From a bacterium (GTDB taxonomy: Bacteria; UBP15; UBA6099; JAJRTR01), in assembly GCA_024278215.1 (NCBI GenBank), contig JAJRTR010000135.1, positions 11,651 through 75,650 on the forward strand: DNA of 64,000 nucleotides, read 5' to 3'. The notes below the pieces were generated by a model. The model did not search any database, was not told the origin of the DNA, and saw only the letters and a list, made by a program, of their open reading frames with translations. Shown here piece after piece: positions 44,861 to 55,683 of this stretch. Made by a program: the position numbers and the translations under genes. Position 1 is the first letter of the stretch; each line of letters begins with the position of its first letter.

Positions 44861-46951
44861 TCAGATTCTCAAGTCGACCGATGCGAGGGTTTTCGCCGCC
44901 CGCACGACCGGCTTCGCTCCGGATGCGGATTTCCTGCGCCTCACTTTCACCCCGACTTTGTTCTGTTCATAAGCTGTTCTTGAAAGAGCTGCGCGCAACT
45001 CGTCGAGATGTTTCTGAATGAACTCTTTCCGGCGCACGTCCTGCACCTCGATATTGAGTTCGATACCCTTGTTTTTATATGTCTGGAAAGTGAACATGGA
45101 AAGGCCGAGAAAATCCGTGTCCAGAACAAGCACGAGGCGGGCGTCGAAGGGATCGAGCGGTTTCGCGTTTTTATTCTTCCTCTGGTTGTCGTCTTCCCTG
45201 CGGTAGATGTTGAGTTTGCCGATGTGGAGCTTGTCGCCGATTTTGTAAGGGAAGAAGGTGACCATCGACTCGATGGGGGTGGCGGCTGTGTGCTGGACGA
45301 CATTGGCGAAGTTGGCGAACTGAAGACCGCGGGCGAGAGTGTGTGCCGACTGTGTGGCCTGATCGCTGCCCGCGTGCGAAGTCAGCATACGGCCAAGCGC
45401 GGCGCGAAGGTCCTGCGTTTCCGTGAAGTTTTTCAGCATGGCGCTCAGGTCCTGCTGGAACTGTGAGTTCCGGAATATTGTTCTGATGCGATCGAGGAGC
45501 GCGCTGCTGTCGGGGTCGGCGGCGAGTTTTTGGAGTCCGTCATCGCCCTGCGCGAGTGCCTCGAGCGCCATTTTCGCCCACTGGTTCGACGCTTCGGAGA
45601 AGTCCTTCATCGGCCGGCTGCCGGCCTTGTTGAACTCGAAGGCGTCGAGCGCAGCGAGACTGGAAAGCAGCGCGAATATTTCCGCTTTCAATGCCGCCGG
45701 GTTCTGTGTCGCCGCGCTGTCGCCGGCAAGTTGGATAATATTGTTGAAACTATCGACGGCGGCGGCGATGTTTTTCGGCAAGGCCGAAAGCGGCGGGTCG
45801 TTTAACGTGGGAACGGCAGATTGTCCGGTCGGCAGAATTGCGGACTCGACCGGCGGGGGCAGCACAGTGACAGGGGGCGGAGGCGCCTGCCTGCCTGTGT
45901 CGGGGGCTGTATCCACCCTTGCAGAATCCGCCGGCGCTTCGCCGCCCATCATATTACGGAGAGTAAGAAGGACCGCCGAGCGCAGGTTCCGGAACCTGGC
46001 GGACGCGCCGGTGCTATCGAGTGCCTGCCGCGCGGCCTGAAGGAAATCCGCGCGCTGCCTGTCGAGAGTGCCGGACTGAAGCTGCATGTCTTCAATCTGC
46101 TGGAGCATGGTGTTGATTTCAGACCCAATGCCTGCGGCCTGCGCCTGGGGCGGCGTGGTGTCGGGGATTATTTTCAAGAGCGACAGGAGTTGATCCATTA
46201 AGCCGCTTTTTGTCTGGCCACCTTCCGATTCTGCGATTCCGAGCGTTATTATCGCCTCGAAACGTGCTTCGGTCGAATGTGTGAATGCGTTGACAAAAGC
46301 GGGCAGTTTTTCGATGATGTCCGTCACGCTGGAAATATCAGGCGGCGGCACACCTGCCTTTGCAGCTACATCCGCACCCTGTTTGATATTCTGCGGCAGT
46401 GCGTCGAGTTCCTGCTTCATCTGCGGGATCAGGCTGATAATCTCTCGCGAGAGAGGCAGTTCCTCTTTGACCATGGCGGCGGCGAAATCTATTGTCTGTT
46501 GCGATGCGTTTGCAGGAAGCGCGTCGATCATCACCGCAATGTTGCCGCGAGTGACCGGCACACCGATATTCAGCAGCGAGCGCGCCATAGCGATCTGCTG
46601 CGGATGCTCGGGCAGATCGAATCCTATGAGGCGCGAGGAAATCATCCCGTCTGTCAGAGGCCTGACGGTCTGTGTGCTGATCTCGCGCGAGCTTATGATC
46701 TGGAGTTGCAGTTTGCCGTTCTGCTCGTGGCCTTTTACGGTCAGCGAGAGTTCGGAATTTCGCTTGAGGGGTACTTCTGATTCGGCAGTGACGATGCGAC
46801 CGTCGATCTCGAGAAGCGCTTTGCCGCCGGAGAAGTCGATCACCTTTGCATTATACGTATGGTGCATCTGGTCTCCGCCGCCCTTGACCGTCGGAAACTC
46901 GGCGGCGTTTGCGGAGAGACTCACTGCTGAATAATCACTGAAAGCTATCAT
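44861..46951 (-). CDS. FliK-like hook-length control protein (YlqG-like)
   Basis: Long Ala/Pro/Gln-rich helical region; C-terminal L.LDT..LG...I.L....L...L T3S4-type domain; adjacent to FlhB-C. Confidence 0.6.
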   Translation of the reverse strand: MIAFSDYSAVSLSANAAEFPTVKGGGDQMHHTYNAKVIDFSGGKALLEIDGRIVTAESEVPLKRNSELSLTVKGHEQNGKLQLQIISSREISTQTVRPLTDGMISSRLIGFDLPEHPQQIAMARSLLNIGVPVTRGNIAVMIDALPANASQQTIDFAAAMVKEELPLSREIISLIPQMKQELDALPQNIKQGADVAAKAGVPPPDISSVTDIIEKLPAFVNAFTHSTEARFEAIITLGIAESEGGQTKSGLMDQLLSLLKIIPDTTPPQAQAAGIGSEINTMLQQIEDMQLQSGTLDRQRADFLQAARQALDSTGASARFRNLRSAVLLTLRNMMGGEAPADSARVDTAPDTGRQAPPPPVTVLPPPVESAILPTGQSAVPTLNDPPLSALPKNIAAAVDSFNNIIQLAGDSAATQNPAALKAEIFALLSSLAALDAFEFNKAGSRPMKDFSEASNQWAKMALEALAQGDDGLQKLAADPDSSALLDRIRTIFRNSQFQQDLSAMLKNFTETQDLRAALGRMLTSHAGSDQATQSAHTLARGLQFANFANVVQHTAATPIESMVTFFPYKIGDKLHIGKLNIYRREDDNQRKNKNAKPLDPFDARLVLVLDTDFLGLSMFTFQTYKNKGIELNIEVQDVRRKEFIQKHLDELRAALSRTAYEQNKVGVKVRRRKSASGAKPVVRAAKTLASVDLRI

Positions 46952-47172
46952 TTTACTTATCCTGAATCGAAGTTGATTGTTAAGTATTGGTCAAGACCTT
47001 ATCACGCTGTAAGCGTCGACATGTTGGCACCGAAAATATCATTCAACAGAAGGGTGTCTCCGGCATTCTCTTCTAAATTCCCAGTATGGAAAACAACTTC
47101 ATTGCTGCAAAAAAACTTGTGAACTCATTGATCGTAATACCACAACTTTGAATTTCATATCAACATCCCTGA

Positions 47173-47192
47173 CGCATATTTCACCATTGCGT
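47173..47192 (+). repeat. MITE family B left-end remnant
   Basis: CGCATATTTCACCATTGCG. Confidence 0.55.
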
Positions 47193-47469
47193 GTGAGAAA
47201 CCAATCCTGTATAAATTATAACTTAACTTGTGCGTTTTTGAATTTTCAATCAGATTTTCCGGTGCATTACCGGAATTTTCCATTGAATTCCGAATCGTGT
47301 TTTTACGGTAAGAAAACCGGTCGGACGTGTTGCACATCCCCTATACATATATAACGGCAAATATCGAAGGATACTTAATTTAAATGGAATAAAGGCCCCG
47401 GGGGGGTGTGGCAGGGTCTCTATAGTGTGACCCTGCATGTGAATTGTCCGGGTGTTGCTGGAGGCGTCA

Positions 47470-47850
47470 TCAGTCCAGTGTGCTGCCGATGATTTCCCTG
47501 ACCTTTGCGATGAGTTCGTCGGGTTCGATGGGTTTGTCGAATACGGCGACCGCGCCGCTGACGGCGAGGTCGCGACCCGCGAGACCACTGATGATGATGA
47601 CCGGCGTATTCTTGAAATCTTTATTCTTCATAAGCGCTCGAAAAAAACGTGTGCCGGTCTCGTTGGGCATCTCGAGGTCGAGCGTTATCAGGTCGGGCTT
47701 GCAGTCGTCGAGCAATCGTTGCGCTATTTCGCCGTCCGCGGCGACACACGTGTCATAATCGTGGTTCTCGAAAAGCGTCTGGAGGAAAATCCTTACATCC
47801 TCTTCGTCGTCAACAATCAATATCGTTTTTTTTCTGTCTTCATCCGTCAT
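47470..47850 (-). CDS. Single-domain response regulator (Rrf1-like)
   Basis: ILIVDDE, PDLITLDLEMP, IISG, FDKP; at the end of the hmc cluster. Confidence 0.88.
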   Translation of the reverse strand: MTDEDRKKTILIVDDEEDVRIFLQTLFENHDYDTCVAADGEIAQRLLDDCKPDLITLDLEMPNETGTRFFRALMKNKDFKNTPVIIISGLAGRDLAVSGAVAVFDKPIEPDELIAKVREIIGSTLD

Positions 47851-48073
47851 GACATCTTCTCCTTGTCGAATGTATCCTGTAGCGCAAACCGGGCGCAGGG
47901 ACATGGCGCGCGTCTTCTAATGTTCGAGTGTCGTATCGTCATTATCGAACAGAAACCTGAAAAAATACACGAAAGAGATCAGAAATATCACTCCGAGCAG
48001 GTATTCTATTCCCTTTGTGTGATAGAAAAACTCCTGTAGCGTATACATTTATCGAATGTCCTTCCGGTTGATG

Positions 48074-49276
48074 TTAGTTCGCCTGCGCCGGAGCTGTATG
48101 CGTGTCGGCGCGGGCGCGATGCGCGGCTTCCAGGTCGTCTGTGAGGATGGGCATCCGGTTGACGATCCACCTGAAGGCGAGTATGCCGATTGTGACGAGC
48201 ATCATAGAGATCATGATCTCGCCGAAACTCGGGAAATAGCGTTCCGCCGCGGGCAGTTTCCAGTTGAATGCTATTATACTGATATTGAAGCGGTTCAGGA
48301 CGATGCCGAGAATAGCGATAACACTCGTGACTTTGACCAGCGTCGCGTTTTCGGTCCGCGCGCCCACGGCGTAAAGGATGCAGGGCAGCAGGATGAAGCC
48401 GAGCATCTCGACGAGGAACCAGTAGCCGTAGGGCGTGTCGAGCAGGTCCCAGTGGTTGCCGTGCGCCACGCCGAGTACTTTTATGCCGAAGTATCCGAAC
48501 ATCATGAGTGAGGCGGCCTTTGCCAGCCCGACGACGATCCTGTCGTGGTTGAAGTGTTCGCCCCTGCTGATAATATTCTTAAAAACATTGTGAGACAGCG
48601 TCGACTCGAAAATCACCATCGAAAGCCCCGCGATTATGCTCGATATGAAGAAGTAAACAGGGATATAGGGCGAGTACCAGAGCGGGTGAATCTTGTCCGG
48701 GGCGATAAGAAACATGGAGCCGAGCGACGACTGGTGCAGTGTGGAAAGCACGACACCGAGAATGGTCAGCGCGAGTGTCATCTTTATGAACAGCCTGTGC
48801 AGCGCGGTCCATTTCAGCCAGGCGAACACGCTGGGCACGAATTCGAGGAACAGCACTGTCAGGTACAGCCCCACGCAGGCCGCCACTTCGAACATAACGG
48901 ATGTGTAGCCGTGCGAAACGAGGAACGGATAAGGCATTCGCCAGGGTCGCCCGACATCGAAGACGAGCCCGACGGCCACAAGGAAATAGCCGAGGAAACC
49001 GGTGAGTATCGCTGGCCTGACTACGGGATGATATTCCTTCATGCCGAAGATGTATACAATGGTGGAGATCGTGTAGCCGCCCGCCGCGAGCGCGACACCG
49101 CACAATACGTCGAACCCGATCCATATACCGAACGGATTGTTATCTGTAAGGTTGGTCACAGCGCCGAGGCCGCCGGTGAAGCGCATGATGGTGAAATAGC
49201 CGCCTATCGCGAGTATTACGCCCGCGATTATATTGAACGGTGTGAATATCGGTGCTTTTGTTTCGTTCATTTCCAC
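48074..49276 (-). CDS. hmcC: HmcC/HybB-type NrfD-family integral membrane subunit
   Basis: GLGAVTNL.D..P.G.WIGFD..CGVALAAGG, DVGRPWR, LSTLHQSSLG. Confidence 0.88.
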   Translation of the reverse strand: MEMNETKAPIFTPFNIIAGVILAIGGYFTIMRFTGGLGAVTNLTDNNPFGIWIGFDVLCGVALAAGGYTISTIVYIFGMKEYHPVVRPAILTGFLGYFLVAVGLVFDVGRPWRMPYPFLVSHGYTSVMFEVAACVGLYLTVLFLEFVPSVFAWLKWTALHRLFIKMTLALTILGVVLSTLHQSSLGSMFLIAPDKIHPLWYSPYIPVYFFISSIIAGLSMVIFESTLSHNVFKNIISRGEHFNHDRIVVGLAKAASLMMFGYFGIKVLGVAHGNHWDLLDTPYGYWFLVEMLGFILLPCILYAVGARTENATLVKVTSVIAILGIVLNRFNISIIAFNWKLPAAERYFPSFGEIMISMMLVTIGILAFRWIVNRMPILTDDLEAAHRARADTHTAPAQAN

Positions 49277-49349
49277 TCCTTCTCAGGTGAGCCGGCGACC
49301 GGGTTATGTTCTGCCGCGTCCGTCCGCGACCGGCCCGGTCGATCTCATG

Positions 49350-50423
49350 TTATTCGCCGCCCTTTTCATCGCCGGTATCCGCCGCCTTTTCAAGGGCTTC
49401 CTTCACTGCCGCCTGTATAGCTCTCTTCTGGTCTCTTTCGGCCTTTTTCTGTGCTTTCTTAAGCGCGACGGCCTGCGCCTTATCGGCCCTGGCCTGCACA
49501 TCGGTCGTCGTCTCGGCAATCGCGGTCGATACAGCGTTCCGGCGCTCTTCCTCGGCTATCTGCCTGCGGCGGTTCGACATGTAATATATGCCGCCAAGCA
49601 ACACCGGCCACAGCATCACGATTACCGGAACGGACGCGAGCGCGCCTTTCGTATACTTCGGATACGGCGTTCGCGCGTAATCCGTCGACATATCCACCTG
49701 GTCGAACGGCACGGGCGACAGGTACATCCAGCTTGTGCCGCCCACTTCGAATTCTCCGTATACGTGGTCGATATATTTATCCGGGTTATCCATGATTCGT
49801 TTCTTCGCGATCTTCAGCAGGTCCGACCGTTTGCCGAAGGTGATAGCTTCCATCGGGCAGGCCTCGGCGCAGGCGGGCGCGCCGCCCTCTCCCATTATCT
49901 TGTCGTAGCACATCGTGCATTTCATGACACGCGGTGTCAGCGGTTCGTCATATTCGTAGGCCGGTATGTAAAACGGGCAGGACACGATGCAGTAGCGGCA
50001 GCCGACACACAGGCTTGCGTCGTACACGACCGGTCCCTCTTTCGTCTTCTTGAGCGCCATTACAAAACAGGCCGACACGCAGGCAGGCTCGTTGCAATGG
50101 TTGCACTGTATCTTCCTGAACACCGGCTTCCCGTTTTCAGTAGCGTATTTGTTGACGACAGTGTACGCCTTCGCGGTCGTCCTGCGTTTCGTTTCGAGGA
50201 CGGACAGATCGTTGAACGGAACATCCGGCGCGGGCAGCTTGTTCTGCTTGTTGCACGCCGCTTCGCAGGTGCGGCAGCCGACGCAGCGGCTGAGGTCTGT
50301 CAGCATACCATAGCGGTCCGGGTATCCGTCGAAGTTTTCTGCGGCAAGCAGCTTGTCGGCGCCGGCAACTGTGCCCGCGCCCGCCGTCAGCGCCCCGAGG
50401 AAATTTCTGCGTGAGATACTCAT
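49350..50423 (-). CDS. hmcB: HmcB/HybA-type periplasmic 4x[4Fe-4S] protein
   Basis: Tat motif SRRNFL; CVGCRTC, CNHCNEPACVSAC, CVGCRYC, KCTMC; C-terminal TM plus Ala/Lys-rich helix. Confidence 0.88.
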   Translation of the reverse strand: MSISRRNFLGALTAGAGTVAGADKLLAAENFDGYPDRYGMLTDLSRCVGCRTCEAACNKQNKLPAPDVPFNDLSVLETKRRTTAKAYTVVNKYATENGKPVFRKIQCNHCNEPACVSACFVMALKKTKEGPVVYDASLCVGCRYCIVSCPFYIPAYEYDEPLTPRVMKCTMCYDKIMGEGGAPACAEACPMEAITFGKRSDLLKIAKKRIMDNPDKYIDHVYGEFEVGGTSWMYLSPVPFDQVDMSTDYARTPYPKYTKGALASVPVIVMLWPVLLGGIYYMSNRRRQIAEEERRNAVSTAIAETTTDVQARADKAQAVALKKAQKKAERDQKRAIQAAVKEALEKAADTGDEKGGE

Positions 50424-50468
50424 TTATTCTCCTCCACCGGTTTCCCTTGTACTCCCGGTTACTCTCTT

Positions 50469-50525
50469 GAGCCGATTGCATTATTCCGTCCATCATCGGT
50501 CGGCTGCAATCAGCCATCCTGCGTA
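50469..50525 (-). repeat. MITE family A end remnant between hmcA and hmcB
   Basis: GAGCCGATTGCA...CGGTCGGCTGCAAT. Confidence 0.55.
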
Positions 50526-50581
50526 TTCCTGCTGTATATTCGACTCCACATTCGAGTCGGCCTGCTTATTCATTCGACCGT

Positions 50582-52093
50582 TCATTTCGGCAAAGGCGAA
50601 TCTTTATCTTTGTGACATTCGCCGCAATCGCTCTTGTCGCTGATACCCATCTCCTCATGGCAACCTATGCACTTGAGATGGAACGCGCCCCGCAGGCCCG
50701 GCCTGTCGGCGGGCAGGGCGTCAAACGGTCCCGAGTGGCATTTCGCGCATGTCGGCGTCGTATCACCCGGCGGGCTGTTGTGGTGGCACGATTGGCATAT
50801 CACCGGCCTGTCGCCGTGGAACACGTTCGACATTTTATCGTCGCGCGCTATTTCGCTGAGTTTCCGCACTACCTGCAAGTGCGGGAACGACACCGGCTGC
50901 AACTGGTCGGCGGCCGAATCTATCATTATTGTTTCAGGCAGATCGTCAGGAATCCGCGCCACCGGATTGTGCAGGGGCCGCGCGACAAGCTGGTTGTCGA
51001 CCGGCCCTGTATGGCAGACGTCGCACGACAATTCCGCGGGACCCGCGGGCAACGTGTCGTGGCAGCCTGCGCACTTTTCCTGTTTCTTCACCTTTTCGTG
51101 GCAACCCACGCAACTGCGCGGCGAGGCGGAGTCGTGGTATGCGTCCGTAAGGATGACACCGCCGCCCTCTTCGCTCGGTTTGGACGTATGGCACTCGTCG
51201 CAGGCTTCCAGCTTTTCATGGTGACACGCCCGGCAGTTGACCGCCACCTGTTCGTGTGCCTTATGATTGAACGGCACCGCCGGAAATGTCTTGTCCGCGA
51301 CTTCGATCAGCGGCATATCCTTCTGGCCCCTGTCGAGACGCGGTACATCGCTCATGTCGGCCAGCAGAGAAGTGAAAGACGGCATGTCGTGGCAGCCCGC
51401 GCAATCGGTCGGCCCGGCGGGTTTGCCCTTTTCGCTCTCGTTCACGTGGCACGTCACACATTTCTCATGCGCCGCGGTCCTAAGCGAGACGATCTCCTTC
51501 GAGCCGTCGCGATCGTGACAGTCGCGACACGAAGACTCGGCGCCCTTTATATACACCAGCTCTTTAGTGGCGGGGTCCTGCTTGTGGTGACATACGCTGC
51601 AATCTTTGTCGAAAGCCTCGACATGCTTGTTGTGCTGCCTCATGTCGAGTTCTATGGGATTAAACTTTTTTTGCGTGTAGCGGCCCGGCCTCAAGTGACA
51701 TTCGCCGCACTGGTCGACCGGCCCACTGCCTTTCTCTTCGGGGCAGCCGATGCACTTATCGTGATACTCTTTTTCATATTCCGCCTTATCGCCGCCTTCC
51801 GCCGGAGTGTATACCTTTAATATCAGGTATCCGTTTTCCCCGGTCGCGTGGCAGGTGGCGCAGCCGTCTTCCTTCGCCGCCCGTTCGCGGTGCGCGGGGT
51901 GGTCGAATGCCACAGGAGCGCGTTCGGCCACGCCCATGCCGGCGGGCATCTCGATTGTCAGCAAACGCTTCGCTTCCTCGCCGGCGGTCCCGCGCTCCCC
52001 GCCCCGGACGTTCACGATCAGGCCGGTCAGAACAAGCGCCGTAAACGCAATTAAGAGAATCACACCCGCTGCATCTGATATTTTGTTTCCCAT
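50582..52093 (-). CDS. hmcA: High-molecular-weight cytochrome c (HmcA, c3-type domains)
   Basis: 15 CxxCH motifs plus one CIGCP; c3-type V.F.H..H motifs; N-terminal hydrophobic anchor or signal. Confidence 0.9.
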   Translation of the reverse strand: MGNKISDAAGVILLIAFTALVLTGLIVNVRGGERGTAGEEAKRLLTIEMPAGMGVAERAPVAFDHPAHRERAAKEDGCATCHATGENGYLILKVYTPAEGGDKAEYEKEYHDKCIGCPEEKGSGPVDQCGECHLRPGRYTQKKFNPIELDMRQHNKHVEAFDKDCSVCHHKQDPATKELVYIKGAESSCRDCHDRDGSKEIVSLRTAAHEKCVTCHVNESEKGKPAGPTDCAGCHDMPSFTSLLADMSDVPRLDRGQKDMPLIEVADKTFPAVPFNHKAHEQVAVNCRACHHEKLEACDECHTSKPSEEGGGVILTDAYHDSASPRSCVGCHEKVKKQEKCAGCHDTLPAGPAELSCDVCHTGPVDNQLVARPLHNPVARIPDDLPETIMIDSAADQLQPVSFPHLQVVRKLSEIARDDKMSNVFHGDRPVICQSCHHNSPPGDTTPTCAKCHSGPFDALPADRPGLRGAFHLKCIGCHEEMGISDKSDCGECHKDKDSPLPK

Positions 52094-52148
52094 ATTCAGT
52101 TCCCTTGGTTTCCGTTAAATGTTCTCAATCCTTCTCCGGCACCTGTTT

Positions 52149-53492
52149 TCAATCGCCGCCCGGTCTCAGGTGTTCCGGTATCTCCATGCACCCCTCGTCT
52201 ACAAGCAGTTCGCTGATGAACTTCACATGTGTGCCGGGCGCGTATTCCTTAATAATGTCTTCGATGCCGCTGTGGCAGTTGTGGCAGGGGGTCACGACCA
52301 CCTCGGCCCCGGTCGCGTTTATCTGGTCGCCTTTGGTCCTGTTGGCGACTACCCTGTTTCTCGTCCAGGGCGGGCCGCAGTTGATGACCCCGCCGCCCGC
52401 GCCGCAACAGTAGTTATGCTCGAATCTCGGGTTCATGTCCCTGAAATCCTCGCACAGCCAGTTCATCAGGTCGCGCAGCTTGCCGCCCAGCCCCCGGCCG
52501 CGCACCGTGTTGCAGGGGTCCTGCACTGTGACGGGCTTTTTGAACTTTTTAACGATCTTGATCTTTCCGCTTGTTATCAGGTCGTGGTAGAACTCGATCG
52601 CGTGAATCACCGGCACAGCCGGATACGCCTGACCGATATGCCTTGGGCCGTCGTACACCGCGCCGCGGAATGCGTGCCCGCACTCGCCCATGACGATCTT
52701 TTTGACTTTCAGGCGCATCGCCGTCTCGTGGTGCAGCCGCTCGAGGCGACCGCTCGACTCGAAGTCGCCCGAGTACATCGCCATGTTGCTGTTGTCCCAG
52801 CCGTCGGTGGCGGGCATCGTCCAGTCCAGGCCGGCCACGGCGAATATCACCGCCGCGTTCGCCAGCAACTGCGCCAGTATCTTCGGCTCCGGCGCAATGA
52901 CCGAGTACATTATGTCCGCGCCTTCCTTCTCCAGTGGTATCCGCGCCGTCTTCACCACTTTCTGCGCGTCTTCCTCCTGCCACTGAAGCGTGTCGATCCA
53001 CTCGTCCTGCTGCACCCACATCTGGTTATAGGTGACCGAGTGGCTGTTTGTCGTATCCTGAAGGTACATCGGCACCACGCCCAGCATGCTGCATATCCGC
53101 CGCACGACCATCAACAGGTATGCTATGTCAATGCCGAACGGACAGTACATGCTGCACCTGCGGCAGCCGCCACACTCGATATACGCTATGCGCGCGGCCA
53201 GCTTCATGAACTCCGGCGACACTTTGCAGTCTTTCTTGAATATCTCCACAAGCGTGTCTTTCACCTTGGCGACCGGAGCATACTTCGGGTCCATATCGTG
53301 CGAGATGCACTGGTGGCACGCTGTCGCGCACAGGCCGCAATGCACGCACGTGTCCATGTAGACCTTGAGGCGCGCGCCGCATTCCTTGTCCAGCGCAAAC
53401 CGAATCGTCTCCTTGATCTTCTCCGGAGTAAGTTTCTTTATCGATTCATCAAGACCATCGTCTTTAACTTCGGGCCTCGGTTCGTATTTCAT
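52149..53492 (-). CDS. hmcF: HmcF/TmcB-type (DsrK/HdrD-like) cytoplasmic Fe-S protein
   Basis: CVHCGLCATAC, CGGCRRCSMYCP, GECGHA, QDPCN..R, CCGAGGG, PCHNC. Confidence 0.85.
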   Translation of the reverse strand: MKYEPRPEVKDDGLDESIKKLTPEKIKETIRFALDKECGARLKVYMDTCVHCGLCATACHQCISHDMDPKYAPVAKVKDTLVEIFKKDCKVSPEFMKLAARIAYIECGGCRRCSMYCPFGIDIAYLLMVVRRICSMLGVVPMYLQDTTNSHSVTYNQMWVQQDEWIDTLQWQEEDAQKVVKTARIPLEKEGADIMYSVIAPEPKILAQLLANAAVIFAVAGLDWTMPATDGWDNSNMAMYSGDFESSGRLERLHHETAMRLKVKKIVMGECGHAFRGAVYDGPRHIGQAYPAVPVIHAIEFYHDLITSGKIKIVKKFKKPVTVQDPCNTVRGRGLGGKLRDLMNWLCEDFRDMNPRFEHNYCCGAGGGVINCGPPWTRNRVVANRTKGDQINATGAEVVVTPCHNCHSGIEDIIKEYAPGTHVKFISELLVDEGCMEIPEHLRPGGD

Positions 53493-53525
53493 TGTGTTTT
53501 CTCCTTATTGTCGCTCCTGAATTTG

Positions 53526-54161
53526 TCACCAGTCTCTCGCGTTCCGGACGAAACCGAATTCGCAGGCCATATATGCACGGGTGAACACGAAATAGAGCAT
53601 GTGCGCAATTCGCGTGAAGGGGATCATCATCAGCATCAGGCAGCCCGACAGCATGTGTATTGTGATTACCGTGCCGTAGTCGAACCACTGGTGATAGGCC
53701 AGAAACCCGGTGATATAAGGAAGCGTGACAAACAGCAACAGCGCGTAGTCGGCCGCCGATGTGACATTCTTCACATAAGGCACAAGTATCCGCCGCTGGA
53801 GAAAATATACACCGCCGACGATTACTATTACCGTCATCAGGTCCGCAAGCCGGCCGGGCAGCGTTGGGAACTGTATGCCCCATATCTTCCAGTGAGCCGC
53901 CAGCAGCAGCGGCGTCGCTATCAGGCATATATGGAACAGAAACGCATACGCCGTCATAACCGGGTTGATCCTCATACCCCTGGTGCCGTAAGGCAGCAGC
54001 CAGTGTTTGAGCGACCGCAGACTGAAGCTCAGCCGCATATACGGCATTATCACTTTTTCCTGTTTCGCCGCCTTTATCATCGCTGTTATTTTGTAGACGC
54101 TGCCCGCGATCATCACGAAGAAGGCTATCCAGACTAAAGGCCCGCTGATAAAATCCTGCAT
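53526..54161 (-). CDS. hmcE: HmcE/TmcC-type NarI-like membrane cytochrome b
   Basis: GPL.W, FH.CL...P....AH, TGFLAYH, H...G......IPFTR..H. Confidence 0.82.
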   Translation of the reverse strand: MQDFISGPLVWIAFFVMIAGSVYKITAMIKAAKQEKVIMPYMRLSFSLRSLKHWLLPYGTRGMRINPVMTAYAFLFHICLIATPLLLAAHWKIWGIQFPTLPGRLADLMTVIVIVGGVYFLQRRILVPYVKNVTSAADYALLLFVTLPYITGFLAYHQWFDYGTVITIHMLSGCLMLMMIPFTRIAHMLYFVFTRAYMACEFGFVRNARDW

Positions 54162-54310
54162 TTGGTTTCCCTCGACTCCTTTTCCGGTCCTGTCACAACC
54201 CGGATCCGGATTATTTTTCTTATCCAGTGCATTACAAGTGAACGCCGGGCATTCGACCGGTGAGTACGGGCCGGAGAACCCCGGATCGACAAAAAACGCA
54301 CAAACTTCAG

Positions 54311-55573
54311 TTATTTTATTTCATTAAGCGGCATCACACGCCGACAATACTTTCCGCCTTCGACATACCTGAGCAGAACCTTCGCGCCGTCCGGGCTCAT
54401 TATCGGCTCCCATAGCATTTCAAACGGCTGGTTCCAGACCCTGCCGTCTACCGCGACAAAGTATTTGCCGTCCTGCTCGCCCTTGGCGACGACCGACGAA
54501 CCGTCATGGCTAAACGCCGGTTTCCAGACCATATCGAAATCCACCGGCCACGGCTTGCCGTCCACACATATCGACCACCTGTTGTTGTCCTTCGTGATCG
54601 CCGCCACCCTCGCGCTGTCCGGCGAAAACACCTGATCGCGCACAACGTCCGCAAACGTGATGTCCCACGCCCTGTCGTCCACGGCGACCGTCGTCCTGCC
54701 GAACTCCGGGCACACAACCGCGCAGACCCTATTCGCGTCCGGGCTGAAAACAAGTTTCCATATCTGCATGAACCGGCTGTCCCAGATCGGCGAACCGTCC
54801 TCGTAGAGCGCGAACCCGCCCGCTGTCTTCACAGGCGCCAACAGCGACCCCGTGCCCGGCCTGAACCCGGGCTCCCACACATGCGCGAAAATCTCCGGCC
54901 ATAATTTTCCGTCCGCCACTATCCCGTACTTCATGTTGTCGACGCGCACCTGAAGCCCGACATGCCTGCCGTCGTCGCTCAGTGTCACTCCCCACGTGTT
55001 CATATACTTGTCGTCCCAAGGCTTGTCGTCCACTACCACGCCCCACGTGCCATCGAGAAAAGTGAATACATCGGCTTCCGACAGTTCCTCAAGCTGCGCT
55101 AGAACAGCGACCGTCGCGCCGTCCCTGCTCATCTGAAATTCCCTTATTGACAGATACGTGTTTTCCCAGGGCTTACCGTCGATACATACCGAATACTGAA
55201 AGTTCTTCTTCGTCTGCACACCGATGCGACCGCCGTCCGCGCTGAATTGCGTGTTCCAGACATACTCGAACTTCTCGTCCCATACGCTGCCGTCCACCCC
55301 CACTGTCCACTCGTCGTCGCTCATTACCAGCGCCGCAAGCCGCGCGTCCGGCCCGAATCGCGGATACCACAGCCTCTCAAAACGCGCATCCCACAATTCA
55401 CCATTCACACATGCCGTGAATTCGCCGTCTCCCGTTTTCACAGGGACAGCTATCTTCTCGCCGTCGCCGCTGACGACAAATTCATGGACCTCGGAATATT
55501 TATTCCCGATATCAGCGACATCAGCGATAATCTTTTTGTCCGGTTCCCAATTCCAGTCTTTATAATCCGGCAT
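54311..55573 (-). CDS. tmcD: TmcD-like Trp-rich beta-propeller protein
   Basis: Repeated V.VDG..W...F...W...FS.DG units; N-terminal WNW. Confidence 0.8.
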   Translation of the reverse strand: MPDYKDWNWEPDKKIIADVADIGNKYSEVHEFVVSGDGEKIAVPVKTGDGEFTACVNGELWDARFERLWYPRFGPDARLAALVMSDDEWTVGVDGSVWDEKFEYVWNTQFSADGGRIGVQTKKNFQYSVCIDGKPWENTYLSIREFQMSRDGATVAVLAQLEELSEADVFTFLDGTWGVVVDDKPWDDKYMNTWGVTLSDDGRHVGLQVRVDNMKYGIVADGKLWPEIFAHVWEPGFRPGTGSLLAPVKTAGGFALYEDGSPIWDSRFMQIWKLVFSPDANRVCAVVCPEFGRTTVAVDDRAWDITFADVVRDQVFSPDSARVAAITKDNNRWSICVDGKPWPVDFDMVWKPAFSHDGSSVVAKGEQDGKYFVAVDGRVWNQPFEMLWEPIMSPDGAKVLLRYVEGGKYCRRVMPLNEIK

Positions 55574-55683
55574 CTGCTTCTCCTTTGTTGCACAGCCTCT
55601 CGACATCGTCGCCGCATGACCGCGAAATACTTTTCGCGCGCATCACACTGTCTCCATTGTTTTTGCTCCGCGCCGACACGGCG

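Noticed and set aside
50424..50581. Small hmcD gene between hmcA and hmcB
   Set aside because: No hydrophobic ORF of suitable length; the gap holds a family A remnant instead.
52119..54137. Long antisense ORFs (e.g. 52119-54137, 10547-11872, 2706-3899, 50612-51820)
   Set aside because: They are shadows of GC-rich genes on the opposite strand with no recognisable motifs.
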